This document shows, piece by piece, positions 9,897 to 18,594 of a stretch of 44,267 nucleotides of DNA. Location of the stretch: positions 1 to 44,267 of the forward strand of contig CAITKI010000113.1 in the NCBI GenBank assembly GCA_903892905.1, in the 5' to 3' direction. Numbering within the stretch: the stretch's first letter is position 1; every line of letters starts with the position of its first letter. The notes under the pieces are model-generated. The model did no database searches. It was not told where the DNA came from and worked only from the letters and a program-made list of their open reading frames with translations. Source of the DNA: an uncultured Candidatus Micrarchaeota archaeon (GTDB lineage Archaea; Micrarchaeota; Micrarchaeia; Anstonellales; Anstonellaceae). A program made the translations under genes and the position numbers.

Positions 9897-10586
9897 ATGG
9901 CATTGATTATGAAGGATGGAAAGGAAATGCGCGTGCCCGGAAGGGCAATTCCTGCGGAAAAGTGCAGGCCGGAACGGGTTCATTTTCCGGAAATGCACTG
10001 CTATGTGGATTTCGGACCAGTCCGTATGCTCGATGCAATGAGCTTCAGTGAATTTAGGAAAGAGCGCACGGTAGCTCAGATTCAAGCACTGGTGGAAGCC
10101 AGGCAGGCAAAAGCGCTTGTAGCGGAGGATACCGGCGATCTAAAGACGGCTTACCTTCTCGTGGTAAAATCTGCGCGGAGCCTAGAGGATGTTTGCAAGG
10201 AGATGATTGCAATACGCCGCAAAGAACACGAAGATTTTGTCAAGTACCATGCAGGCGGCTTTCACATGTTTAACTTCGGAGATATTCATTATAAAATTCT
10301 TCAGGCGTGGGATGCGGCATACGACTACGCAACAAGCCCAGAAGACAAAGCAATGTGTGCTGAAAAAAAAGGGTTCTTCGACCGCTTATGGGTGATTTCC
10401 GGCATTCTGGAAGACACTCGCGTCTCCATCACCCGTAAATCCATGAGCGATGCCGAAAAAATCGAGCTGCTGCGGATGCTTGTGCGCATGAGCGAGATAG
10501 TCGGGCCGGAGTTTTCGACCTACTCGGAGTTCGATGTCAAGGGTGTCAAATCGGAAATTGCCGAGTTGGAAGGGCTCTCGAAGTAG
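9897..10586 (+). CDS. Hypothetical helical protein
   Basis: Strong SD GGAGGTG at 9883-9889 before ATG 9897; 229 aa ORF with no recognisable motif. Confidence 0.7.
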   Translation: MALIMKDGKEMRVPGRAIPAEKCRPERVHFPEMHCYVDFGPVRMLDAMSFSEFRKERTVAQIQALVEARQAKALVAEDTGDLKTAYLLVVKSARSLEDVCKEMIAIRRKEHEDFVKYHAGGFHMFNFGDIHYKILQAWDAAYDYATSPEDKAMCAEKKGFFDRLWVISGILEDTRVSITRKSMSDAEKIELLRMLVRMSEIVGPEFSTYSEFDVKGVKSEIAELEGLSK

Positions 10587-10618
10587 CTAATGCGCTGAAA
10601 AATTGGAGGTTGATTGAT

Positions 10619-11446
10619 ATGATGCAAAAAACCATTGCAACTGGCGGAAAATCCCTGCCCGTCAAGGCATTCATAGAAAAAAACAGCCTTGGCAGCTGGA
10701 GCAAGTTCAGGTCAATGTCCATCAAAGACCAGAACGAAATAATGCTGGGTGCCAAGTGCTACAAGAAGCTTGGGGAAAGAGTGCATGATTACTTGCATGA
10801 AAATCTGGGCGCAGAAGAGGCAAAAGAACTATACTCTCCTGCGAGCCGCCTCAGAAGCATAGTCCACCTTACCAATAAGAAGGCCCTCAAGACTTTTTGG
10901 GATAACAACAAAAAGGAATTTGCCGCCGCAATAAGGTGCGTTTCTGCAAGTGACAGGCTTAGAATAAGCGAATCCATTGCCATCGCCACTGGAAGAAAAA
11001 ATGCCGCATCTGCAGCCCGGTCTAAATTGGACGGCATGATCCTAAATGACGGCCTGGACCGGCTTGTAAAAAGACACGAGAACGCAGAAAATCGCGAAGG
11101 CCGCCGGTGGGGAGATGCTGTGAACAAACTGGCAGCGCAAGAAAGGCCAGTGGATTTGAGCCGGCATGTGGGAGTAATCGATATAATCTTCGAGGCGAGC
11201 CAATGCATGCTAGGTGAAATAAAAGAACACAATAATGAGCGCGTGTCACACGTGTACTTTGTGGGCGTTTTTAATGCAGATGCATGGTATCTTGCGAAGA
11301 AGATTAACGATGTGATCAGGGCACTCAAGAATATCAAAACATCTGGGAACGCATTGCCTGAAAAGACAAAAAATCAAATAAATGGATGGGTGCGTGAGTT
11401 GTCAGATATGCCCATACGCTCATACACTGTCCGTTATGGGATTTAA
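10619..11446 (+). CDS. Hypothetical basic protein
   Basis: SD GGAGGT before ATG 10619; no recognisable motif. Confidence 0.7.
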   Translation: MMQKTIATGGKSLPVKAFIEKNSLGSWSKFRSMSIKDQNEIMLGAKCYKKLGERVHDYLHENLGAEEAKELYSPASRLRSIVHLTNKKALKTFWDNNKKEFAAAIRCVSASDRLRISESIAIATGRKNAASAARSKLDGMILNDGLDRLVKRHENAENREGRRWGDAVNKLAAQERPVDLSRHVGVIDIIFEASQCMLGEIKEHNNERVSHVYFVGVFNADAWYLAKKINDVIRALKNIKTSGNALPEKTKNQINGWVRELSDMPIRSYTVRYGI

Positions 11447-11495
11447 ATTGGCAAACTGCCAAGAAATAGCAAAACCGTTCCCTCTTTTTCTTTTT

Positions 11496-12122
11496 TCAAT
11501 CCTTCTTTATCGGCAGCGGGGACGAATAGGGCGCGAGGAGCTTGGCAGCCTGGTTGAGCGCGGCTGAGACGTCTGCCTCGCTTCTCCCTCCCGTGCAGAT
11601 TATCTTGCCGTTCTTGAAGAGAAGCAGCGATGTCTTGGGCACAAGGAACTTCAGGATGGCGCCTGGGAACTGCTCAGGCTCGTATTCCACGTCTGGCACT
11701 TCGGACGCAATCCCGTAAAGGTCAAGCTCCACGCCAAGCGCGGCGGATGCCACGATGTTCTGGATGACGAATTTGGGCTTGAAGTTCTTCGGAGGCGTGA
11801 TTTTCGAGTATTTCTCGAGCATCTTCATGGTGAGCGCAATGGCGTCCGTGACCTCTTTCTCGTTCTTCCCGCCTGCGCAGATGATTTTCCCGTTCTTGAA
11901 AAGCAAAAGCGAGGTTTTCGGGTCTTTCAGCTTCAATATGGCGCCCGGGAACTGCTCAGGCTCGTATTCCACGTCATGAAGCTTGTAGGCAATGGTGTAA
12001 AGGTCAAGCTCAAGGCCCAGCTCGGAAGAGGCGACGATGTTCTCGATCTTGAAAGTAGGTTTTATGGCTATCTGGGGCATGCTGCCTTTCTTAAATTTCT
12101 TTTTGCTTTTGCTCTTTTTCAT
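11496..12122 (-). CDS. tbp: TATA-box binding protein
   Basis: Two TBP repeats (ENIVAS...EYEPEQFPG...LLFKNGKIIC and QNIVAS...EYEPEQFPG...LLFKNGKIIC); native start placed at 12122 from the reconstructed pre-insertion promoter spacing. Confidence 0.96.
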   Translation of the reverse strand: MKKSKSKKKFKKGSMPQIAIKPTFKIENIVASSELGLELDLYTIAYKLHDVEYEPEQFPGAILKLKDPKTSLLLFKNGKIICAGGKNEKEVTDAIALTMKMLEKYSKITPPKNFKPKFVIQNIVASAALGVELDLYGIASEVPDVEYEPEQFPGAILKFLVPKTSLLLFKNGKIICTGGRSEADVSAALNQAAKLLAPYSSPLPIKKD

Positions 12123-13454
12123 AAAACCCCTCGCAAGGAAACCCACAATTTCAATCGTGGGAGGAATTGCGCTCTCCATATTCTTGAATACATCCCCGAA
12201 CCATCTCTTTTGAATGGAATCTGGTTGTTCCGAAACCCTGAATGTTCTGTTGCAGTTTCTGGAAATTTCACCGGCATCCTACCGTCTGCAAGCCTTTTTA
12301 TAGCCGCAAAATCCTTAATAAAGACATGCTGAAGACCATCCCAACGGCCATCGAGGAATTGCCCGGGCAGCGCGCCATGCTTGATGATACATTGTCTTCC
12401 ATGTCTGACGCCATGAACTTTGCCGTTTCCTCCTGTTATGAACATGAGGAAACCAACGCCTTCCGGATGCACCATTTCAATTATTCTGCCCTTCGCAGAA
12501 AATTTAGCCTTCCTGCCCAGCTTGCAGTTGTTGCCAACAAGTATGCCTGTTCTTCCGTGAAGGAGGCAATCAAAAGAAAAGCCCCAAGACCAAAGTTTTC
12601 CGGCAAGTCTATCCATTACGATGCAAGGAGTAGCAAGATAGACCTCGTGAAGAAAACCGCAAGCCTCCTTACAAAAAACGGGAGGCTCAAGATGAAGCTC
12701 AACGTTCCTGAATATTTCCGGAAGTTTTCCGATTGGAAGGTCAAGGAAAGCAATCTTGTCAAGTGCAGAGATGGGAAGTTCAGGCTGATGATTGCTATTG
12801 AACGCCCAACCATCAAATCCAATGGCACTGGTAAGGTCATTGGGGTGGACCGAGGCATCAACAACATTATCGCCACTTCGGAAGGATGGCTTTACGAAGG
12901 GCACGATGTTTTTTCCAGAAAGCAAAGGTATGTTCTGTTGAGGGCAGGGTTGCAAAGCAAAGGCACTCGCTCCGCCAAAAGGCATCTTGTAAGGATGCGT
13001 GGCAGGGAGAAACGTTTTATGCGGGATGTCAACCACTGCATAAGCAGGGCTTTGATAAGCACTGCAGGACTGAATGGGGTCCTGGTTTTGGAGAACTTGA
13101 AGGGGATAAGAGCCGCAAGGCATCGGCACGAGCAGAACTGGCTCTTTTCCAACTGGGCTTTTTACCAGTTGGAAAGCTTCCTCGCATACAAAGGAGAAGA
13201 AACAGGAGTTGCTGTGAAGTTCGTTCCCGCGAGGGACACTTCCCGTGCCTGTTCCATATGCGGCAGCTTGAAAAGAGGGCAGAGACAAGGCTCTGTCTTC
13301 AAGTGCAAAACATGCGGCGTGATTCTCCACGCCGATTTGAACGCTGCCAAGAACATCCTGCACAGATACACTTCCATCAGCGGGCTGCAGTCAATCTGCC
13401 CATTGCTCCCGACCGGGTCGAGCAAGCCCACGTTTTTAACCGTGAGTAATTGAC
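12123..13454 (+). mobile_element. IS200/IS605-family non-autonomous (tnpB-only) insertion sequence
   Basis: Left-end hairpin CCCACaatttcaatcGTGGG (12142-12161) just after a TTCAT motif; related right-end hairpin gCCCACGtttttaacCGTGAG followed by TTGAC ending at 13454; no tnpA seen; no target duplication. Confidence 0.85.
12326..13453 (+). CDS. tnpB: TnpB RNA-guided endonuclease
   Basis: RuvC-I VIGVDRG, RuvC-II VLENL, zinc ribbon CSIC...CKTC, RuvC-III HADLNAAKNI; catalytic D/E/D intact; TATA TTTTTATA at 12295-12302. Confidence 0.95.
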   Translation: MLKTIPTAIEELPGQRAMLDDTLSSMSDAMNFAVSSCYEHEETNAFRMHHFNYSALRRKFSLPAQLAVVANKYACSSVKEAIKRKAPRPKFSGKSIHYDARSSKIDLVKKTASLLTKNGRLKMKLNVPEYFRKFSDWKVKESNLVKCRDGKFRLMIAIERPTIKSNGTGKVIGVDRGINNIIATSEGWLYEGHDVFSRKQRYVLLRAGLQSKGTRSAKRHLVRMRGREKRFMRDVNHCISRALISTAGLNGVLVLENLKGIRAARHRHEQNWLFSNWAFYQLESFLAYKGEETGVAVKFVPARDTSRACSICGSLKRGQRQGSVFKCKTCGVILHADLNAAKNILHRYTSISGLQSICPLLPTGSSKPTFLTVSN

Positions 13455-13470
13455 ATAGAACCAGCCCCAT
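13300..13470 (+). ncRNA. Putative omegaRNA (reRNA) scaffold plus flanking guide
   Basis: TnpB omegaRNAs overlap the tnpB 3' end and right end, with the guide just beyond it. Stems are visible (GGGCtG..CtGCCC at 13382-13402 and the right-end hairpin). Guide would be ATAGAACCAGCCCCAT (13455-13470). The 5' boundary is a guess. Confidence 0.6.
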
Positions 13471-13477
13471 ACAAACA

Positions 13478-13520
13478 TTTTTAAACCGTCTGAGATATTT
13501 AAAAGGGCAAGGTATTTAAA
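13478..13520. promoter_or_regulatory. Divergent TATA boxes (original tbp promoter and rpl21e operon promoter)
   Basis: TTTTTAAA 13478-13485, TATTTAAAA 13496-13504, TATTTAAA 13513-13520. Confidence 0.6.
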
Positions 13521-13586
13521 CTAGACGCAGGGTAATCATCCCCTGGCTGCGGTTCTCGCTGCCAAACGCTATTAAGGTGATGAAAA

Positions 13587-13871
13587 ATGAGACGCTCACT
13601 TGGAAAAATGTCAAAAAGAAGCCGCGCACTTGGCCAGTCCAAGCGCAAGCTCACGATCCCCGGGCTGATAAGCGGGTATTCCATCGGCGACTGCGTGGCT
13701 ATTGACCATCAGTCAAAGTACTCAGGCATGCCGCACCCGCGCTACCGCGGAAGGACAGGCACCATTGTCGCGCAGCGCGGCAAGTCATACGTCGTTGAAA
13801 TAAGCGACATGAATGCCACGAAGCAGCTTATCATCCCCCCGGTGCACCTCAAGGCAGTGGGGAAGAAATAA
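13587..13871 (+). CDS. rpl21e: 50S ribosomal protein L21e
   Basis: GMPHPRYRGRTGTIV and IIPPVHLK motifs; SD AGGTGA; canonical position before rpoF. Confidence 0.95.
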   Translation: MRRSLGKMSKRSRALGQSKRKLTIPGLISGYSIGDCVAIDHQSKYSGMPHPRYRGRTGTIVAQRGKSYVVEISDMNATKQLIIPPVHLKAVGKK

Positions 13872-13883
13872 ACGGTGGTCCAC

Positions 13884-14327
13884 ATGATAGGAAAAGGCGC
13901 AAACGAAATCCGCCCGGCATTGCTCGCCGAGGTGGAAAAGATACTCGACAAGAGGCAGGGCACGGCCGGCGAGTTCGGCTTCGAGCAGCAGACCACCCTT
14001 GAATACGCCAAGCGCTTTTCCCACCTGAAGTACAACGACGCCAAGGAGATGCTCGACGAGCTCGAGAAGCTCGAGGTGAAGACCGAGACCGCGGTGAAAA
14101 TCGTGGACCTGCTCCCGAAGAACAAGAGCCAGCTCATGCTCATCCTTGTTAAAGACAAAGTGGAGCTTCCAGAGAAGAAAATGGAGAAGGTGGAAGCGCT
14201 CATTGCGGAATACTCGAAAAAGGCAAAGAAATTCGAGCCCAAAGTAGAGGCACTGCCCGATGCGCCCGCGGCCGCGCCAGCAGAGGCGCCAGTCGAGGAA
14301 GCGAAGGAAAAGAAGAAATCCGACTGA
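13884..14327 (+). CDS. rpoF: RNA polymerase subunit F (Rpo4)
   Basis: FEQQTTLEYAKRF and AVKIVDLLP motifs; synteny rpl21e-rpoF-DUF655. Confidence 0.9.
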   Translation: MIGKGANEIRPALLAEVEKILDKRQGTAGEFGFEQQTTLEYAKRFSHLKYNDAKEMLDELEKLEVKTETAVKIVDLLPKNKSQLMLILVKDKVELPEKKMEKVEALIAEYSKKAKKFEPKVEALPDAPAAAPAEAPVEEAKEKKKSD

Positions 14328-14454
14328 CGCATAGCATTTTATAATGCCTTAAACATAATCCACGTTAACGCAGGTAATGAATAACGCCCGATGATTTTAT
14401 GGAAACACAGCCGCTTTGGCGGCTTATTTCCAAAAATCCAAACGGAATGATTTT

Positions 14455-15018
14455 ATGGAAATGGAACTGTACGCCCGTGTCATTGACTTCATGCCCGAGG
14501 GCAGGCCAACCGACCGCATGCGCGAGCCCATAGCGCAGCTTGTGGGCGAGAAGTTCTTCACCCTGCTTGAGGTTTCCATCATCCGCGGCTCGGCAGTCGC
14601 GCTTGGCCAGCGCCTGTGCATTGGCAAGGAAGGCAGGGTGGAAGTGGAGAAGATAAAAAAGCGCCTCGACTTCCAGGACCTATCCGCAACGTCGAGAAGC
14701 GAGCTTCCCATCGCGGCAAGGAACATAATTTCGGACCGCGAGGCTGATTTCGTTTCATTCTTCAATAAAGCAGGCCCCATCTCCATGAGGCTGCACCAGC
14801 TTGAGCTGCTTTCCGGCATTGGCAAGAAGCACCTTCAGGAGCTTTTGGGCGCGCGCGAGGAAAAGCCTTTCGAGAGCTTCAAGGACATCCAGTCGCGCGT
14901 GTCGCTTCTCCCTGACCCTGCAAACCTCATAGTCTCGCGCGTGAACGAGGAGCTTGGAGGCGTCTCGAAATACTACTTGTTCGTGCGACCCCCGTCCAAG
15001 CACTACGACGAGTTTTGA
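14455..15018 (+). CDS. DUF655 family HhH-containing putative RNA-binding protein
   Basis: AQLVGEKFFTLLE, RLHQLELLSGIGKK, PFESFKDI and KYYLFV motifs; conserved synteny. Confidence 0.92.
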   Translation: MEMELYARVIDFMPEGRPTDRMREPIAQLVGEKFFTLLEVSIIRGSAVALGQRLCIGKEGRVEVEKIKKRLDFQDLSATSRSELPIAARNIISDREADFVSFFNKAGPISMRLHQLELLSGIGKKHLQELLGAREEKPFESFKDIQSRVSLLPDPANLIVSRVNEELGGVSKYYLFVRPPSKHYDEF

Positions 15019-15082
15019 GTTTGCGCGCACAAGGCTGCAGTTCTCATTTTAATCGTTAGTGCCAAACATATGCATGCCTCAT

Positions 15083-15156
15083 GGGTCCGTGTGGTAACCT
15101 GGATAGCCGACGAGGCTTCGAACCTCGGGGTAAGGGTTCAAATCCCTTCGGGCCCG
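15083..15156 (+). tRNA. tRNA-Arg (anticodon UCG), intron-less, no encoded CCA
   Basis: Acceptor GGGTCCG/CGGGCCC; anticodon arm CGAGG-CTTCGAA-CCTCG; T arm AAGGG-TTCAAAT-CCCTT; D loop GGA with A20. Confidence 0.93.
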
Positions 15157-15178
15157 TTAGTTTCCATCTGGTGGGGAA

Positions 15179-15883
15179 ATGGACCTCCGTTTTCTCCTCA
15201 TTTTCCTGCTTCTTCTGCTTGCGCCAGCAAACGCGCTGTTCCTTGCAGGGCAATCAGAACAAGGGGGGGAAATCTCCGTGCTTTGCGAAGGGCAAAGCAA
15301 AGCGTTCCTGTCCCTTCCCACAGGCGAGCTTCGCGCGCTTGCGCTTGATTCTGATTTCCAGGCAAAATTCATCCCTGACGCAAGCGGCCCCTACACCATC
15401 CAGTGCGGCAATGAGACTCGGACAATTTCAGTCTTGCTGCCTGCGCGCGCGGACTCAGGCGCTTACTCCAGCGGGGAGAACTTTTTCCTCGTGGCAGGGA
15501 TGGCAATTGTTTTCCTCGCCGCTCTTTTGCTTGCCGCAAAAATTCTCCTAAGGCAGCGCACAATCTTTTCAAAGTCATTTAGCGGCGGGCGCGTGAGGCT
15601 CTATCTTCGCGCAGGGGAGGACCTGAGGGACATAAAGATAACTGACTTGCAGGGCGGTTTTGATGGCGCGCCGCTTTCGCTTTCCATCCCGCGCCTTGCC
15701 GCAGGCGCAGAGTGGAGCTGGGAATATGAAATCAGCGCAGGCGAGCCGCTGCTTGCCGCGCGGCTCTCTGCAAAGTGCGCCAAGGGCACCATCTCCCTTG
15801 TTTCAGGCACTGGGGAAAATAACAGCCAAGCGATGGAAAAAAACAAGCGCGAGAAAAGAAAGCTTCCAAAGCATGCGGTCTGA
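15179..15883 (+). CDS. Hypothetical membrane protein
   Basis: Signal peptide MDLRFLLIFLLLLLAPANA; internal TM; basic C-terminus. Confidence 0.7.
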   Translation: MDLRFLLIFLLLLLAPANALFLAGQSEQGGEISVLCEGQSKAFLSLPTGELRALALDSDFQAKFIPDASGPYTIQCGNETRTISVLLPARADSGAYSSGENFFLVAGMAIVFLAALLLAAKILLRQRTIFSKSFSGGRVRLYLRAGEDLRDIKITDLQGGFDGAPLSLSIPRLAAGAEWSWEYEISAGEPLLAARLSAKCAKGTISLVSGTGENNSQAMEKNKREKRKLPKHAV

Positions 15884-15888
15884 GGTGC

Positions 15889-16248
15889 CTAGTCTCCTGC
15901 GTGCCAGCCGCCTGCCACTATCATCAGAATCACGATGTCCACCAGCGCAAACGGAAGCATGAGTATGGGAAATCGCAGGATAAGCATTATCTGCACCGAA
16001 AGCAGGGAGATTGCGAGTATGACGGTTGCCGCAATGGAGCTTTTCCAGCACAATACCGAGCCTACGAACAGCACCAAAAGCGCGCAGCCAGTCGCCACTG
16101 ACACGGGCAAGTTGAACTGCACGAAAAAGCCAAGCGCGGTTGCGCAAACAAGCAGGATCTCGGCTATCATTGCCACAAGCACGCTGTCTGCAGCCTCGTT
16201 TTTCCTGGAATGGTAATCTGCGCACATGTGCGTCACCGCGCGGCACAA
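15889..16248 (-). CDS. Small hypothetical multi-pass membrane protein
   Basis: Almost entirely hydrophobic ORF directly after rsmA; start uncertain. Confidence 0.6.
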   Translation of the reverse strand: MCRAVTHMCADYHSRKNEAADSVLVAMIAEILLVCATALGFFVQFNLPVSVATGCALLVLFVGSVLCWKSSIAATVILAISLLSVQIMLILRFPILMLPFALVDIVILMIVAGGWHAGD

Positions 16249-17000
16249 AGCTGCCGCGCAACCTCAAGCGCCTCCGAAGGCGACATCGAAAAGACTTTCC
16301 TTTCATTGTATTTAAGCGTTTGCGCCATTCTTGCCGCCTCTTTTTTGTCGCGGTTCCCGAACAAGTCCCACCGCGCGTCCACCACGGCGTTCTTCAGGCT
16401 TTTTTTCTTGTGCGAGAAAAGCGCGCCAATCGCCTTTTCCTCGCACTCAGTCATCAAAAAGCCGGTTTTCACAAGCGAGACAATGCACGAGTCCACCTTC
16501 GGGGCTGGCAAAAAAGCAGTCCTTTCCACCAGCGCAAGCGTTTCTGTTGTGTAGGTGAGCTGGGCAAACACAGAAAGCCTTCCGTATTCGCGGCTTCCCG
16601 GCTCTGCCATCATGCGCGCTGCCACCTCTTTTTGCACGCAAAGCACTGCCTTGTCGAAATTCATGCGGGCAAGCTTGAGAAGAATGGGCGAGGTGATGTA
16701 GTAGGGGATGTTGCCCACAATCCTGCCAAAGCGCGCTTTTTCGTCGTAATCTAAAAAGTCGCCCTCATGCACGTGCACGCGCTTGTATGTTGCAAATCGC
16801 ATGCGCAGCTGCTTGGCAAGCTTGGGGTCGAACTCCACCGCGGTGATGTGGCCTGCGCCTGCGGACAATAGCTTCACAGTGAGCCTGCCGTCGCCTGCGC
16901 CGATTTCCAGCACGGAGTTGTTGCGCGCATCCGCGCATTCCGCCTCGTAGGCAAGCACGTTTTCATCAACAAGGAAGTTCTGGCCCAATTTGGCGTGCAT
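16233..17000 (-). CDS. rsmA: 16S rRNA m6,2A dimethyltransferase (KsgA/Dim1)
   Basis: KLGQNFL, VLEIGAGDG, GNIPYYITSPI, QKEVA, YGRLSV and PAPKVDS motifs. Confidence 0.96.
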   Translation of the reverse strand: MHAKLGQNFLVDENVLAYEAECADARNNSVLEIGAGDGRLTVKLLSAGAGHITAVEFDPKLAKQLRMRFATYKRVHVHEGDFLDYDEKARFGRIVGNIPYYITSPILLKLARMNFDKAVLCVQKEVAARMMAEPGSREYGRLSVFAQLTYTTETLALVERTAFLPAPKVDSCIVSLVKTGFLMTECEEKAIGALFSHKKKSLKNAVVDARWDLFGNRDKKEAARMAQTLKYNERKVFSMSPSEALEVARQLCAAR

Positions 17001-17009
17001 AATTGCGCC

Positions 17010-17987
17010 TCAAATTTTTGTGATCGATTTTGCGGAATCATGCTCCACAATCACGGTGTGCTCGAACTGCGCCACCATTCCCTTGCCAGTGTCGCGAAGC
17101 ACAGGGTAGGGGTGGAGCGCGCCGGAATTCAATAACTCGCGAAGCGCTGTTGCGAGCGTAAGGCGCGACTTGAAAACATTGCGCAGCCAGCGCTCCGCAA
17201 AGGGAAGCGAGAAGTAATTTGCAACAATGTATTCCATGAGCTCGCGCGAATACTTCATGCGGAGGCGGGGAGTTGCCTGGAGCGCGAATATTTCCACCTG
17301 CGATGTGTCTGCCACATGCCCGCTTCCAGTGGAGGCGAACGGCTCGATTGCGAAAATGTCCCCTTCCTGCACCATGTATCCCTGGTGCCCGCCGATGTTG
17401 GGTATGTCCACGCCTGCGTGGAGAAGGTAGGGCTCTATCTTGTGGCCGGTAAGGTTCTCAATGGGCTTAAAGCCGCGCGACACTATTTCCTTCTCAATGG
17501 CCGCGCCGATGTCGCCGACATAAACGCCCGGCTTTATGAAAGCAAGCGCCGCGTCAAGCGCGGCAGAGCTCGCCTCGCACAACTTGCCCTGCTCGCCGGA
17601 CAGGTCCACGGTGACTGCGGTGTCGCCGATGCAGCCGTCTATCTGCGCGCCGATGTCGATTTTCACCACGTCCGTCTCGCCGATGAGTATGGCATTGTCC
17701 GCCTCTGGCGTGAAGTGCGCGGCAATCTCGTTAATCGAAATGCCTGCGGGAAAGCCGGGCTTCCCCCCCGCATCCACAATCATCTTCTCAAGCGACTCTG
17801 CAATGTCAAAGTAGGACTCGCCTGGAAGCACAAGCTTGGGCGCCTCCTTCAGCACAGATGCCGCGATTTTTCCCGCTTTCTCGAAATTCGCGTACATCTG
17901 CGCAATCTCCTCTTCGCTTGGCTCGTCATGGGAATGCACATGCCCCTCATGCCCTTCAGCCCCTGTGGAAACGTCATCATCTGCCAT
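17010..17987 (-). CDS. map: Type II methionine aminopeptidase
   Basis: AAHFTP, KIDIG, GDTAVT, NLTGH, AIEPF and AQFEHT metal-ligand motifs; His-rich N-terminus. Confidence 0.96.
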   Translation of the reverse strand: MADDDVSTGAEGHEGHVHSHDEPSEEEIAQMYANFEKAGKIAASVLKEAPKLVLPGESYFDIAESLEKMIVDAGGKPGFPAGISINEIAAHFTPEADNAILIGETDVVKIDIGAQIDGCIGDTAVTVDLSGEQGKLCEASSAALDAALAFIKPGVYVGDIGAAIEKEIVSRGFKPIENLTGHKIEPYLLHAGVDIPNIGGHQGYMVQEGDIFAIEPFASTGSGHVADTSQVEIFALQATPRLRMKYSRELMEYIVANYFSLPFAERWLRNVFKSRLTLATALRELLNSGALHPYPVLRDTGKGMVAQFEHTVIVEHDSAKSITKI

Positions 17988-18045
17988 AATATCACGTATG
18001 AATTGGCATCCTCAGCTTTATAAGGGCGCGGGGGGAAATTGCGCC

Positions 18046-18543
18046 ATGGCAAGGGACTTCGCCAAGGGGAAAAAGAGCGAAAATGCAAAAGCGCAAGGGG
18101 CAGCCGGGCATCATAGCGCGCAAGCAGGCGCAAGCGCGCACGCAGGATTGGGCAAGGCAGGCGCCGCGCAGGAAAAAGGCGCAAGCGCGCACGCGATGGG
18201 GCAAGGAGTGTGCATAATCTGCGGGGAAATAAGCACAGGCACCCCCGCCCTGCCCGAGTTCCCAATCCGCGCGGCAAGGAAGCTCCGCGCAATCCTTAAG
18301 CAGCCTGCGAAGCACACCATTGCATGCAAGGAACACCTCGCCGAGGCAAGGCAGCACCGCGCGAAATTCGAGAAAAAGCAGCAGGATTACCTGCTTGGTG
18401 CGGTTGCGTTTTTTGCATTGGTGCTGTTTGGCGGCCTGTTTTTCGGGAAGCTTGGCATCAGCACGTTTTTGCCTGCCATTTTGGGCGCGGCAATCATCGC
18501 ATTCCTTCCTTTCTTCTATTATTTTCCGTCGTTTGGGAAGTAG
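18046..18543 (+). CDS. Hypothetical membrane protein with putative zinc site
   Basis: Ala/Gly-rich N-terminus, CIIC...CKEH, two C-terminal TM helices; TTTATAA at 18017-18023. Confidence 0.7.
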   Translation: MARDFAKGKKSENAKAQGAAGHHSAQAGASAHAGLGKAGAAQEKGASAHAMGQGVCIICGEISTGTPALPEFPIRAARKLRAILKQPAKHTIACKEHLAEARQHRAKFEKKQQDYLLGAVAFFALVLFGGLFFGKLGISTFLPAILGAAIIAFLPFFYYFPSFGK

Positions 18544-18557
18544 CTGTTTTTCGCCCC

Positions 18558-18573
18558 CAAAAAGCCTTATAAA
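18558..18573 (+). promoter_or_regulatory. BRE/TATA promoter of the large membrane-protein operon (probably leaderless)
   Basis: CAAAAAGCC-TTATAAA ends 21 nt before ATG 18595. Confidence 0.6.
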
Positions 18574-18594
18574 CTTCACCACCGCCGTAACAGC

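Noticed and set aside
12119-13363. 414 aa antisense ORF over tnpB
   Set aside because: Shadow frame of tnpB with no motifs; only its last 52 codons are considered separately
12326-13453. Cas12f/Cas14 CRISPR effector
   Set aside because: No CRISPR array or cas1/2/4 in the window; IS200/IS605 end hairpins flank the gene, so it is TnpB
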